From Naegleria gruberi (taxonomy: Eukaryota), in the NCBI GenBank assembly GCA_000004985.1, contig GG738916.1: a stretch of 64,000 nucleotides of DNA; one strand, given 5' to 3'. The stretch's first letter is position 1. Each line of letters starts with the position of its first letter. Shown here in pieces: positions 33,035 to 44,238 of this stretch. The notes under the pieces were generated by a model, which saw only the letters and a program-made list of their open reading frames with translations, was not told where the DNA came from and ran no database searches. The translations under genes were made by a program, and so were the position numbers.

Positions 33035-33729
33035 GTGATGGAGCTGTGGGTAAAACATGTCTTTGGATATCTCTAACCACCAACGCCTTTCCACATGAAT
33101 ATGTGCCAACCGTTTTTGATAATTACAGTCAAAATTATGTCTGTGATGGAACAACTTTCAGTCTTGGATTGTGGGATACTGCAGGACCAGAAGGTAAGTA
33201 ATTTTAAAATTGTATTTTGGATTGACCATTCAAAAGATTATGATAGGTAAGTTTAAGAAGAGTTATTAATTTTATAAATTATGCAACTAATGAAATATTA
33301 ACGGATTTAAACATATACAGATTACGTCCACTTTCCTATCCCCAAACTGATTTATTCTTTTTGAGTTTCAGTTGTAGTTCAGAATCATCTATGGATAATG
33401 TCGTTTCAAAATGGATTCCTGAAATAAGACATCATTGCCCAACTACTGCAGTTGCACTTGTTTGTACCAAGATTGATTTTAGAGATGATCCAGTCCTTAG
33501 TAGAGAATTACTTGTCAAAAAACATAAGAAGATTCATAGTTTTGAACAGGGAGAATTACTTGCCAAAAAGATGGGATGTCTCACTTACTTGGAAACAAGT
33601 GCTCTTACAGGTGCTGGAATTAAGGATCTGAACGAAGTGATGGTCAGATCCATCTCTATGTGGAATGATCCTTCATTCAAGCAAATTGTGAAAAAGAATC
33701 GTGAAAAGAAGAATTGTAACATGCAATAA
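33035..33729 (+). CDS. Atypical Rho/Rac-family small GTPase (exons 2-4, including a 10-nt micro-exon); exon 1 = ..AFKIVQVG ending at 32967
   Basis: Exons are 33035..33193 ([31 protein letters not shown]...LWDTAGPE), 33237..33246 (attatgatag, encoding DYD+), and 33321..33729 ([11 protein letters not shown]...[20 protein letters not shown]...[12 protein letters not shown]...KKNCNMQ). All introns are GTAAGT..AG (43, 74 and 67 nt). The protein ends in a CaaX box, CNMQ. Pro replaces the catalytic Gln61 (DTAGPE where DTAGQE is expected). Exon 1 (32942..32967 region) supplies KIVQVG in the same frame as the Kelch ORF. Confidence 0.8.
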
Positions 33730-34358
33730 ATACATGATTTCTATTAGGATGTGACCACTTGGATTGGAATAAATCCATGACGATTGTCACAAACGAGCAT
33801 AGATATCTAAACAAGTTTAAAAGTCTTTTCTAACAGCAACAACTCTCTGGTTCTTGATTTTGAATAGTCCTCTTGATTGACAGCTTAATTACAATATTGG
33901 ATGAATCAATGAATTCAACTTTAATTCCTTTTAGAACCATACTCTTGATCATCATATATTTAAATTGTCCTTGCTGATGAATCAATTTCTGGTTCTTCCG
34001 AAAACAAAATCTTCTAACCAACAACCTCGTTTATTCCTTACTCAATTTCCTCATTTTTTATTCAATAAAAAAGCAATTAGAAAGGGCGCGGAATCTTTCC
34101 ATCCGTTAAGAAATTCCAAAGAAAATGTGAATACCAACGACCATTCTTTCTTCTTGCCTCGCAATGTACCATTTGGATACCATTAACTGGCCACTTATTA
34201 TTACAAATGTACAATTGCCTTCTCCGAATAATCAACAAGTAGATAGCAAACATTCAGGTGTGCTCTTCAATTATGACCATCTAAATTTACATCTTAATTG
34301 AAAAAAAACAGAACAACAAATTCTCCATCATTTTGAAGAAGAACAGATTATTGATTGT

Positions 34359-36512
34359 ATGGCAAATAGTAATAACGATAGTGATAAAAACAAGACGACA
34401 ACTAAAACAACAGAAAGTCCGAATGGTAATGCTACAAGTCCAAGGATAAAGCAATCTTCTTTGAGTAACATCAATTCGGATGCTACTGGAAAGGAAGAAC
34501 TTCATGTAAGCTTTAACTTGAGTAATATTTCGAGTACGAGTACGAATGGTTTTGGTAATGGTAGTAGGGAGAATTCATTTAGAATTGTTAAACCAAATCA
34601 AAGACTAGGTGATGGCAATGAGGAAATCATTGAATTGGCAGATGCAGTAATATTGCAAAATGATGAGGAAGAATTAATGATTGACGAATCGAGTCCTGAG
34701 AATAGAAATTCAATGGAATGGTCTGGTAGTTTGGCAGAAGATGGCGAACAAGCAGAATTGTTTCGAGAATTGAAACAAGACAGAAAAGAAAGAAAGAATC
34801 AAGAACAGTGGAAATGGTTGTGGAACATGATTAAGGAAACTGTCACTGTATTTCTTCCTTTGGGATTGACAACTTTTGTTGGTGGTATTCAAATAGTATG
34901 TAGTAGAAAGAAAACAATTCATTGTAACAAGTTAAAATAGGTTCAAAAGAAATTTGTAGATAAGAAGAAATGGTTGACTGAGGCAGAATTTATGGAGATT
35001 TATGCTCTTTCTCAAAGCTTACCTGGTGCCATTATTAGTCAAGTAGTATTTTCGATAGCCATGTTAAGACATGGTTTTTGGTCTGGCTTTTTAGCCAATC
35101 TACTCTTTTGTGGACCTGGTTTTATTGCCAATTTGCTTTTTGGTTGGCTGATGGCTGACATTAGTATTGATGATAACTCGCCGAGATGGGTTCTCAACTT
35201 GCAAAACGGTTTGGCTTGTTCAGGTATTGCATTTGCTGTGAGCTCAGCGTTCAGAATGGCCTCAATGTTAAATAAGAGCAAAAGTAGAGCATTTTCATTT
35301 ATATTGGCAGGATTTGTTGCCATGTTGACAATGGTTGCCAAACCAATGTGGATCTTACCAATTCTCATATTTGGAGGTGCTTTTGTTAGTTACTTCTTCT
35401 CCCTCATTTATGATCGTATTATGAGCAGAATAGACAAGTATGAAATTAGAAAGCAAGCTGCTCAAAAGAAGGATAACGAAGAAGACGAGGAAGAAACCTC
35501 GCTGACCATCAAACAAAAGATTATCTTTGTTTACTTATTCTTCAAGAGCTTTTTCAAAAAGCTTCCTGTTGAACCAGCTCAACAAGATAACCAAGAACCT
35601 CAAGCAGAAACCCAAACAGTAGTGGAAGAAACTCAAGAGAAACGAAAACCAAAGGACAAGTTTTCTAAAAATGTTAGAACTCACTCACCTCTTTGGTTGG
35701 GCATTTCCATGCTTTTGATTTTTGCTCTATTATTTGTTGTTTTGATTGTTACCTCAGTAATTTTCGAAACTTACAAAAAGCCAACCATAACAAATGGAGT
35801 AGATGTGTTTAAGGAGACTATAATTATGTCTAATTTTTTCTACAAGTACGGAACATTGATTTTTGGAGGTGGAGTTGGAGGTATTCCTCTTTTGAGAAAT
35901 GAAATGGTTGAACGAAAGTGGGTAACCGAGCAACAGTTCATGAATGGCTTTTCAATTTCTAATGCCCTCGTTGGTCCAAAGCATAGTGTTGCAGCATTCT
36001 ATGGTGCCTGTATTGGTGCCAAGTTTGCTGAAGCATTAGTAAATAGTGGCTCCAATAGAACTATCAATGGAACATATCTGAATGAAACTCTCATTTTTGG
36101 AAATGAAACAAACTCAAACAACTTTACTAATCCGAATCAAATACGTGTGAAACAACGTTCCAGTGCTCTCTATTACATTTTACCGCCACTGTTAGGAGTA
36201 ATTGCAGGTTTACTTTTCCATTTACCTGGATATCTGACAATGGCAGGTTGCCTTCCATTGTGGAGAAAGATTAGAGAAAATAATGTAATCAAATTATCAT
36301 TAATAGGTGTTAATGCAGTTTGTGTAGGATTTGTAGTTTCCAATTCAATCTCTATGTGGATAGACAATGTTGGAACCAGTTCATATCTGGCTGCTGCCAC
36401 AATATTTTGCTTCTTAATGAACTTTTTTGATTTTTCTCCTCCAATAATTGTGATAGCTGGTGCTATTTTATCCATTGTAGCAGGTGAAATTGGCTTTGCA
36501 GTAGGTTGGTAA
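34359..36512 (+). CDS. Chromate-transporter (CHR family, bipartite ChrA-like) membrane protein with N-terminal hydrophilic extension; one intron
   Basis: Exons 34359..34895 and 34941..36512, with a 45-nt intron 34896..34940 (GTATGT...AAATAG, whose AG is the track's stop). This joins the two track ORFs into FLPLGLTTFVGGIQI|VQKKFVDKKKWLTEAEFMEIYALSQSLPGAI, matching CHR motif-1 (FGGG...W.te.eF...A..Q.lPGP). A second CHR half has FGGGVGGIPLLRNEMVERKWVTEQQFMNGFSISNALVGP. About 12 TM helices. Confidence 0.75.
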
Positions 36513-36773
36513 AATTAAGAAAAAGCTCTGAAAACTGTTACCAACTATTTTCTCAAACTCGCATTAAAAAGATTCAATTTACAAAAAGAAAACAATTATT
36601 GGTAAATCCGAGAATTGTAACCCAAGCTTATTTTGTTCTATTAATACATTCATCTTTGGATTTGAAAGTCTTGGCAGCAAACTTTTAATTCAAATTCGAA
36701 AATGTTCATCAAATTTAAAAATTAAATTATTGAAAAAAATCACAACAACAAATCACTTCTTGTAGGAATCACC

Positions 36774-39700
36774 ATGTTCTCTAACAAAGATAATGATCCC
36801 TTGGCTGTGATCGATAGACTTTTACCTCGTTCATCAGGTTCTAGAAGTTTGTCCTATCTAAATAGTCAAGAGGAATTTAATTCTAATTTTGATGTTTTAA
36901 TTTCACCACCTCGTTTATCCAACACTATTCGTGAGAAAACCATCGGAAGCAATACTCTCCAATTATTTGATGAGACTACCTCGTATTATGAACTCTTCCC
37001 AATTATTGAAAATAAGAGAAAGAAGAATACATCTGATGATTTATTAAAATTTGGTATTACTTGGGAAAGTTTTGTTAAACCAAAGATTAGCTTTAAGAAT
37101 GCTAATCAACACAACAAGGATTTTGATCGTAGAATTGAAGAACAAAACGGAAAGAATTTGTTAGAAAAGTTTTTAACCATGTTGCAAGAACAATTGAGAT
37201 TGGATCAAATTTCATCCAACAAGTATGGTGTTGCTAGTGGACTTTCTAAACAACAAGTTGCTTGTTTGATTGCTAAACAACTTTATATTGCTAAGAGAAA
37301 GTTTAAAAACACTTTATCTGTTAAGAGTGTTTTCAAAGATTTACAAAATATGGGTATTGGCTTGTCACTTGATCCAAAGACACAAAAGTTGGAACAAATT
37401 GTCAAGGAAGTTCACATTTTGAAAGTTTTGGAACATTTGGAAAAGTTAATGGATTGGATTGACAGATATGCCAAACCAAACTTGGCAGAAGAAGAAGCCA
37501 AAAGATATGGTAAAGTTGAAAGACTTATTATCGGAACTGGTGAATCAAAGAATACTAATACATACTTTTCCACTGGTACAGAAAAAGATAATGATGAATA
37601 TGATGATGAAGCTCTAGTAATTGATGAAAATATTGAATTTGGTTCTGCTGATGATATTACTAATGCAGACCATTTGCATAATCAATTTAGAAATATTAGT
37701 ATCTTCTCTAGATCCCAATTGGAAAATGTTTTAGACCAAACTAATCTATTCTCCTTCACTGCACCAACAGAAAATGTTGAAGAAGAGGAGGAAGAAGAAG
37801 AAGAATCTGTTCTTTCTTCCATGTATACTGTTGATTGGTTGGAAAAGGAAGCCAGAAAGATTTGCAAGACACCAGGTATTGAAAATATTGTTTTGGATAT
37901 TTTACAAAAGAAGGGACAAGATGCTGTTCAATTACAATCTCGCTTATTCGATGCTCTTGGAGAAAATGCTTTCGAATTAATGTCAATTATCATGGAACAT
38001 AAGTCAGAAATTTTGGCTGATTTGTATAGAATGCAAATGGCAGATAATGCTGTTGAAGGTATTAACTCATTCTCTCATGTAAAGATGACAACATCCAAGT
38101 TCAAGGATGCTCAAAAGAAGCTCAAGAAGGAAGGTAGAAAAATTGGTAGAAAGAATCAAACCAAGTTTAACCTTTCAGGAGGAAACTCTGAAAATGAGTT
38201 GAATGAACTCAAATCACTCTATCAAACCTTCAAGAAGGAAAAGGATAGAAATGTTCTCAAGGCTGGTGAAGGAGAATCTAGAGTACTTGTTCTCGGAAGA
38301 GATGTTATTCCAGAGTCCAATAATGAGGCTGATAAAGAAACTCAAGAAAGAGTTATCAGACAACCAACTTATGAAGAACACGTCTTCCCTGCTCCAAAGA
38401 AACGTGAAGATAACACACCACTTGTTCCAATTTCTATATTTGAAGATTGGGCTCAACTTGCATTCAAAGGTTATACTCACCTCAATCGTGTACAATCTGA
38501 TGTTTTCTATTCTGCTTATAAAACTAGTGAAAACATGTTGGTTTGTGCTCCAACAGGTTGCGGTAAGACAAATATTGCAATGATGACAGTTTTGAGAGAA
38601 ATTGGCCAACACTTTAAGGGAGGAAAGATTAGACGTGAAGAATTCAAGATTATCTATATTGCTCCAATGAAAGCTTTGGCAGCTGAAATGGTTGAAAACT
38701 TCTCCAAGAGACTTGCACCACTTGGCATTACAGTAAAAGAAATGACTGGTGATATGCAATTGACAAAGAGAGAAGTACAACAAACTCAAATGATTGTTAC
38801 TACTCCTGAAAAGTGGGACGTAACAACCAGAAAAGCCTCTGATCAAGCTTTAATTCAATTGACTAGATTGATCATTATTGACGAAGTTCACTTGTTGAAT
38901 GAAGACAGAGGTCCAGTTATTGAATCTATTGTTGCTAGAACTTTAAGACAAGTTGAAACAACACAAAGTATGATTCGTTTGGTTGGTTTATCTGCTACTT
39001 TACCAAATTATATGGATGTTGCTAACTTCCTCAGAGTTGATCCTCATTCCGGATTGCACTTCTTTGATGGATCCTATAGACCTGTTCCACTTGAACAAAG
39101 TTTTATTGGTGTCAGTATTAGAAATCCAATTGCTAGAAATAAGGAATACAATCAAATTGCCTTCAATAGAACCTTGAAGAATTTGAAGAGAGAAAAACAA
39201 GTCATGGTTTTCGTTCACTCCAGAAAGGAAACTTCCACTACTGCCAAAGCTTTAATTGATTTGGCAGTTGAAGAAAATGCTCTTGATATGCTCACTGCTG
39301 GAGTTAAAATGAGTGAACATACCAGAAAGTGGGTAACTAAATCATTAGAAAAGTGTCACAATAGAGAATTGAAAGAATTGGTACCAAAAGGTCTCGGTAT
39401 TCACCATGCTGGTTTAGTTAGATCAGACAGAAATCTTGTTGAAAAGCTCTTTTCTGAAGGTATTATTAGAGTTTTATGTTGTACCTCTACACTCGCTTGG
39501 GGTGTCAACTTGCCATCATATTGTTGTATTATTAAGGGTACCGAAGTTTATAATGCTGAAAAGAGTACCATGACTGAACTTGGAATGTTGGATATTATGC
39601 AAATTTTCGGTCGTGCTGGTAGACCTCAATTTGACGTTGAAGGTGAAGGTGTTATTATTACTAGTTATGAAGTTTTACCTCGTTACCTCAACTTGTTAAA

Positions 39701-42700
39701 GAGAAATTTACCAATCGAATCACAAATGACACAAGATTTGGCTAACCACTTGTGTGCTGAAATTGTTTTGGGTACAGTGTCCAATGTCAGAGAAGGTTGT
39801 TTATGGTTGAATTATACTTACCTCTTCTTGAGAATGAGACAAAACCCAATGAATTATGGTATTTTACCTGAGGAAGTCAAGCTCGATCCTTCATTGATTG
39901 GTATGAGAAAGAGTCTTATTGAAAAGGCCTGTAAGATGTTACAAGAAAGCAAGATGATTATCTACGACGAAAGAACTGGTGTTGTTTCTGCAACTGATTT
40001 GGGTCGTATCGCCTCTCACTTCTATATTCACTACGAAACAATTCAATTGTACAATGAAAAGCTCCATCCAAAGATGTCCGAATCTGATGTTCTCCACATA
40101 GTTGCTAGTGCCAGAGAGTTCAAGAATATCAAGGTTAGAGAAGATGAATCTGAAGAACTTGCTGAATTATCAGCCAATGCACCAGTTAAAGTTACAAAGG
40201 GACAAGATGAATTCACTGGAAAGGTAAATTTGTTGATTCAAAGTTACATTTCCCATGTTAAGATTAAGAATTCATCTCTCATTTCCGATTGTGCCTTTAT
40301 TATTCAGAGTGTTGGTAGAATTATTAGAGCAATCTTTGAAATTGCTATCAAGGAACGTTGGTCATCTTTAGTTGACAAACTTTTAACCTTGACAAAATGT
40401 ATGGAAAGAAGACAATGGGTATTTGAACATCCACTCAGACAAATGTCAAAGATTCCAACCTTTGCCTTGCAAAAACTTGAAAACAAGAATTTGACCCTCT
40501 CCAAATTAGTTGAATATGAAGAATCCGAGTTGGATCAAGTATTGAATGTTAGAGGAATGGGTAGAATTATTATGGAACATATTGATAGATTCCCTCACTT
40601 GGATTTGGAAGCTAACGTTCAACCAATTACAAGAAATGTTCTTCGTTTCCAAGTTAAAATCAGACCAAACTTTACTTGGGACAAGAAATTGCACGGAGAA
40701 ACAGAGCCTTGGTGGATTTGGGTTGAAGATGAAAACTCTGAATTCATCTATCACTCTGAGTACTTCTTGTTAAAGCATGATGAATATGAAAAGATGATGA
40801 AAGAATCAAGAGATGACGAAGAAGGACCATGCTATTCTCTCAACTTTGTTGTTCCTTTCAGAGAAGATCCAAGACCTCTCTATTTTATTATTAGAGCAGT
40901 TTCTGACAAGTGGATTAGTGCAGAAGCACAAATTACCGTCAATATTAAGGATATTATTTTACCAGAAGGTTTTGCTCCAAGCACTCCAATTCTCCCATTG
41001 GATCCTCTTCCAATCACCTGCTTGAACAATCCTGAATATGAAAAGTTATATGCTGATAAGGGTATCAAATATTTCAACCCTGTACAAACACAAATTTTCC
41101 ACATGACATACCATACTGATGAAAATATTCTTATTGGTGCACCAACAGGTTCTGGTAAGACACTTGCTGCTGAATTGTGTATCTTTAGATTGTTCAATAC
41201 TAAACCAAATCAAAAGGTTATTTATATTGCTCCTCTTAAGGCCCTTGTTAGAGAAAGACTTGTTGAATGGGAAAAGAAGTTTGTTCAAAAGTTAGGCAAG
41301 AAAATGGTCGAATTAACTGGTGATTTCACTCCTGATGTTAAATTATTGAAGGAAGCTGATATTGTTATTACAACTCCTGAAAAGTGGGACGGTATTTCTC
41401 GTAACTGGCAAAATCGTTCCTATGTCAGAGATGTTGGTTTGATTGTCATGGACGAAATTCACTTGCTTGGCAGTGGAAGAGGTGCTATTTTAGAAGTCAT
41501 TACATCTCGTATGAGATATATTTCTTGGAACACTCAAACTCACATTCGTTTGATGGGTCTCAGTACGAACATGGCTAATGCTACTGACTTGGCCGATTGG
41601 TTGGGTGTTGGACAAAGAGGTTTGTTCAACTTTAAGAGTTCTGTAAGACCTGTTCCTTTACAAATTAGTATTTCTGGATTCAGTGGTAAGAACTATTGTC
41701 CAAGAATGAATTCTATGAATAAGCCAGCTTATCAAGCAATTTTGAGACACTCCAACAACAAACCTTGTTTGATTTTCGTTTCTTCCAGAAGACAAACCAG
41801 ATTGACAGCAATGGATTTGATTGGTTATTGTTCTGCTGATGAAAATCCTCACAGATTCTTGAGAATGGACCAAAATGAAGTTATTAGTGCTTTGGAACTT
41901 GCTCGTGACACTCACCTCAAACAATTCTTACAATATGGTATTGGTATTCACCATGCTGGTCTTACTCCATCAGACAAAAAACTCGTTGAAGAACTTTTCC
42001 ACTCTGGTAAGATTCAAGTCCTTGTTGCTACTAGTACTTTGGCTTGGGGTGTCAACTTGCCAGCATACTTTGTCATTATCAAAGGTACTGAATTTTTTGA
42101 ACCATCCACAAAGAGATATGAAGATTATCCACTTGTTGATGTATTACAGATGGCTGGTCGTTCTGGTCGTCCAGGTTTCGATACTGAAGGTAGAGTTTTC
42201 ATCATGGTTCACGATATTAAGAAGAATTTCTACAAGAGATTCCTCTATGAACCATTCCCAATTGAATCAAGTTTGCATACTCAATTGCATGACCACATCA
42301 ATGCGGAAATTGTTTCAGGAACTATCAAGACCAAACAAGATTGTTTGGACTATTTAACTTGGACTTTCATGTTCCGTCGTCTTGTCCAAAATCCATGCTA
42401 TTATGGTATTGAAGATTTGTCCTATGAAGGATTGAACAAGTGGTTATCTACTAAGATTACCAGTATTATTGATGACTTGGAATATGCTGGACTTGTTAAA
42501 GCTATTGATTTGAATCTTGATAAGAAGAAACGTTGGGAAGTTATGGCTTCTCAAACACAATCATCAACCTTTGGTACTATGACAGCTGAGAAGGAAAAGG
42601 CTGAAAAGGAAATCCAAAAGGCCAAGGGAATTTATTTGGAACCAACAGCAACTGGTATTATTGCCAGTTTCTATTATTTGTCATATAGAACTGCTTCTCA

Positions 42701-43661
42701 TTTCAACAGACTCATCAAGGCTGATTCTAACGTTAACTACTTGTTAGAACTTCTCTGTGAAGCTAAGGAATTTGCTGAAATCCCTGTCAGACATAATGAA
42801 GACAAGTTGAATAAGGAATTGAGTGAAGTTGTTCCTCTTGGAGTTTACATGCACGACTATGAATCTCCACACATTAAGTGTTATTTACTTTTACAAGCTC
42901 ACTTTGAAAGAGTCAAGCTTCCAATTGTCGACTACATTACTGATACTAGAACAATTTTAGATTCTACCATCCGTATTTCTCAATCCTATATTGATATCTG
43001 TGCCGAAAAGGGATACTTGCAACCAACAATTAACATGATGCACATTTTGCAAATGATCATGCAAGCCAGATGGGCAACAGATTCAACCCTCTATCAATTG
43101 TTCAGTAATTTGCAATGTCCACGTGAAAATACTGAAAGTTCTTCAGAAGATATTCACAACTTTATTCAAAACTTAGCTCAAAAGGAAAATGTCACTGGTC
43201 TCAAGCAATTGTTGGATGTTAAATATCAACAAGGCGAGTCTGCTTTGCAAAAATTGATTTCCAAATATTTGAGAAAGAACAACTTAGTATCCAATCTCAT
43301 GAAGATTGTTGAAGAATTCCCATATTTAACTGTAAAGATTGACAAGGTTACTCACGATGAAGAAGATCACCAACTTGAAGTTTCTGTCAACATTGAAAGA
43401 TTAAGCAAACCAAAAGAACAAGCTTACACACCAATGTATACCAAACAAAAGGATGAAGGATTCTGGTTGATTGTTTCTAACCCTCAAAACAATGAATTAT
43501 TAGCTCTCAAGAGAGTAAGAGCAAACAGAAAATTCAATCGTACTGAAGTTTATCTTCCAGTCTCTGAAAATGATAAGGAATTGGAAGCTATTGTTGTTCC
43601 TGATTGCTATCTTGGTTTAGATGTTTCTTCTAAATTCTTGTGTAAGATTCAAACTAAATAA
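36774..43661 (+). CDS. ASCC3: ASCC3/Slh1-type tandem Ski2-like RNA/DNA helicase (two DExH helicase-Sec63 cassettes)
   Basis: 2295-aa single ORF. Cassette 1 has CAPTGCGKT, DEVHLLNEDRGPVIESIVART, LSATLPNYMDVANFL, VFVHSRKET and HHAGL. Cassette 2 has FNPVQTQIFH..GAPTGSGKT, IAPLKALVRER, TTPEKWDGISRNWQNR, DEIHLLGSGRG, IFVSSRRQTRLTA, ATSTLAWGVNLPA and KRFLYEPFPIESSL. The C-terminal KDEGFWLIVSNPQNNELLALKRV is closer to ASCC3 than to Brr2. Confidence 0.9.
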   Translation: MFSNKDNDPLAVIDRLLPRSSGSRSLSYLNSQEEFNSNFDVLISPPRLSNTIREKTIGSNTLQLFDETTSYYELFPIIENKRKKNTSDDLLKFGITWESFVKPKISFKNANQHNKDFDRRIEEQNGKNLLEKFLTMLQEQLRLDQISSNKYGVASGLSKQQVACLIAKQLYIAKRKFKNTLSVKSVFKDLQNMGIGLSLDPKTQKLEQIVKEVHILKVLEHLEKLMDWIDRYAKPNLAEEEAKRYGKVERLIIGTGESKNTNTYFSTGTEKDNDEYDDEALVIDENIEFGSADDITNADHLHNQFRNISIFSRSQLENVLDQTNLFSFTAPTENVEEEEEEEEESVLSSMYTVDWLEKEARKICKTPGIENIVLDILQKKGQDAVQLQSRLFDALGENAFELMSIIMEHKSEILADLYRMQMADNAVEGINSFSHVKMTTSKFKDAQKKLKKEGRKIGRKNQTKFNLSGGNSENELNELKSLYQTFKKEKDRNVLKAGEGESRVLVLGRDVIPESNNEADKETQERVIRQPTYEEHVFPAPKKREDNTPLVPISIFEDWAQLAFKGYTHLNRVQSDVFYSAYKTSENMLVCAPTGCGKTNIAMMTVLREIGQHFKGGKIRREEFKIIYIAPMKALAAEMVENFSKRLAPLGITVKEMTGDMQLTKREVQQTQMIVTTPEKWDVTTRKASDQALIQLTRLIIIDEVHLLNEDRGPVIESIVARTLRQVETTQSMIRLVGLSATLPNYMDVANFLRVDPHSGLHFFDGSYRPVPLEQSFIGVSIRNPIARNKEYNQIAFNRTLKNLKREKQVMVFVHSRKETSTTAKALIDLAVEENALDMLTAGVKMSEHTRKWVTKSLEKCHNRELKELVPKGLGIHHAGLVRSDRNLVEKLFSEGIIRVLCCTSTLAWGVNLPSYCCIIKGTEVYNAEKSTMTELGMLDIMQIFGRAGRPQFDVEGEGVIITSYEVLPRYLNLLKRNLPIESQMTQDLANHLCAEIVLGTVSNVREGCLWLNYTYLFLRMRQNPMNYGILPEEVKLDPSLIGMRKSLIEKACKMLQESKMIIYDERTGVVSATDLGRIASHFYIHYETIQLYNEKLHPKMSESDVLHIVASAREFKNIKVREDESEELAELSANAPVKVTKGQDEFTGKVNLLIQSYISHVKIKNSSLISDCAFIIQSVGRIIRAIFEIAIKERWSSLVDKLLTLTKCMERRQWVFEHPLRQMSKIPTFALQKLENKNLTLSKLVEYEESELDQVLNVRGMGRIIMEHIDRFPHLDLEANVQPITRNVLRFQVKIRPNFTWDKKLHGETEPWWIWVEDENSEFIYHSEYFLLKHDEYEKMMKESRDDEEGPCYSLNFVVPFREDPRPLYFIIRAVSDKWISAEAQITVNIKDIILPEGFAPSTPILPLDPLPITCLNNPEYEKLYADKGIKYFNPVQTQIFHMTYHTDENILIGAPTGSGKTLAAELCIFRLFNTKPNQKVIYIAPLKALVRERLVEWEKKFVQKLGKKMVELTGDFTPDVKLLKEADIVITTPEKWDGISRNWQNRSYVRDVGLIVMDEIHLLGSGRGAILEVITSRMRYISWNTQTHIRLMGLSTNMANATDLADWLGVGQRGLFNFKSSVRPVPLQISISGFSGKNYCPRMNSMNKPAYQAILRHSNNKPCLIFVSSRRQTRLTAMDLIGYCSADENPHRFLRMDQNEVISALELARDTHLKQFLQYGIGIHHAGLTPSDKKLVEELFHSGKIQVLVATSTLAWGVNLPAYFVIIKGTEFFEPSTKRYEDYPLVDVLQMAGRSGRPGFDTEGRVFIMVHDIKKNFYKRFLYEPFPIESSLHTQLHDHINAEIVSGTIKTKQDCLDYLTWTFMFRRLVQNPCYYGIEDLSYEGLNKWLSTKITSIIDDLEYAGLVKAIDLNLDKKKRWEVMASQTQSSTFGTMTAEKEKAEKEIQKAKGIYLEPTATGIIASFYYLSYRTASHFNRLIKADSNVNYLLELLCEAKEFAEIPVRHNEDKLNKELSEVVPLGVYMHDYESPHIKCYLLLQAHFERVKLPIVDYITDTRTILDSTIRISQSYIDICAEKGYLQPTINMMHILQMIMQARWATDSTLYQLFSNLQCPRENTESSSEDIHNFIQNLAQKENVTGLKQLLDVKYQQGESALQKLISKYLRKNNLVSNLMKIVEEFPYLTVKIDKVTHDEEDHQLEVSVNIERLSKPKEQAYTPMYTKQKDEGFWLIVSNPQNNELLALKRVRANRKFNRTEVYLPVSENDKELEAIVVPDCYLGLDVSSKFLCKIQTK

Positions 43662-43773
43662 ACAAAGTTCCGATTCTTGGCTGCGAATTGAATGTTGTAG
43701 TATTTCATTCCATTTTAACTATAAATCTTTCTCTTCTACTTGCATGCATTGTTTCAGTCACCTCTCTGAAATT

Positions 43774-43971
43774 CCAGAATATTGTGATCTTTCTCGAAAT
43801 ATGTGTTGAATTTGTAATAACATCATTGCTCTATGAGAGGAGCAGTGAAAGTTACAGAGCAGAGATGAGCACCAACTATGATTGAATAATCACGAAGGAA
43901 TGCAAAAAGAGGATGTGTAGAAGTTTTTGATTGAAGGTTTGGTTGTTTATCGATTTCAGACATTTTTTTTG
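43774..43971 (-). pseudogene. Truncated, frame-disrupted duplicate of mitochondrial-carrier exon 1 (inverted copy)
   Basis: The minus strand reads MSEIDKQPNLQSKTSTHPLFAFLRDYSIIVGAHLCSVTFTAPLIEQ*. It is identical to the 50270.. gene start until two 1-bp deletions introduce a stop. Homology ends at the repeat boundary with no downstream exons. Confidence 0.55.
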
Positions 43972-44167
43972 AGTTTTACAAAGTTCACCAAATTTATCTT
44001 TTAATAAAATGAAAGAAAAAATGGGGTAAAAACCGAGGTTTCTTTCTCGATGAATATTGAGTTTAAAGATGTGATTTTTGGAGTAGAGATAGTAATACAT
44101 GTCTAGTTTAAGTGGTATAAAGTTGAAAAAGAGAAAATGAAAGAATGTTGAAATGGAAAATAATTTA

Positions 44168-44238
44168 TGCGTCGACCGGGAATTGAACCCGGGTCACGGC
44201 GATGGCAACGCCGTATTCTACCACTAAACCATCGACGC
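44168..44238 (-). tRNA. tRNA-Gly (GCC), canonical copy
   Basis: Minus strand GCGTCGATGGTTTAGTGGTAGAATACGGCGTTGCCATCGCCGTGACCCGGGTTCAATTCCCGGTCGACGCA. Anticodon loop TTGCCAT. Intact T-stem CCGGG/CCCGG. Confidence 0.9.

Noticed and set aside
34359-36512. ChrA and amidohydrolase (4170..6284) as bacterial contamination or a recent HGT island
   Set aside because: Both have host-like AT-rich codon usage, A-run start contexts and eukaryotic-style extensions. ChrA also has a spliceosomal intron. They are flanked by clearly eukaryotic genes.
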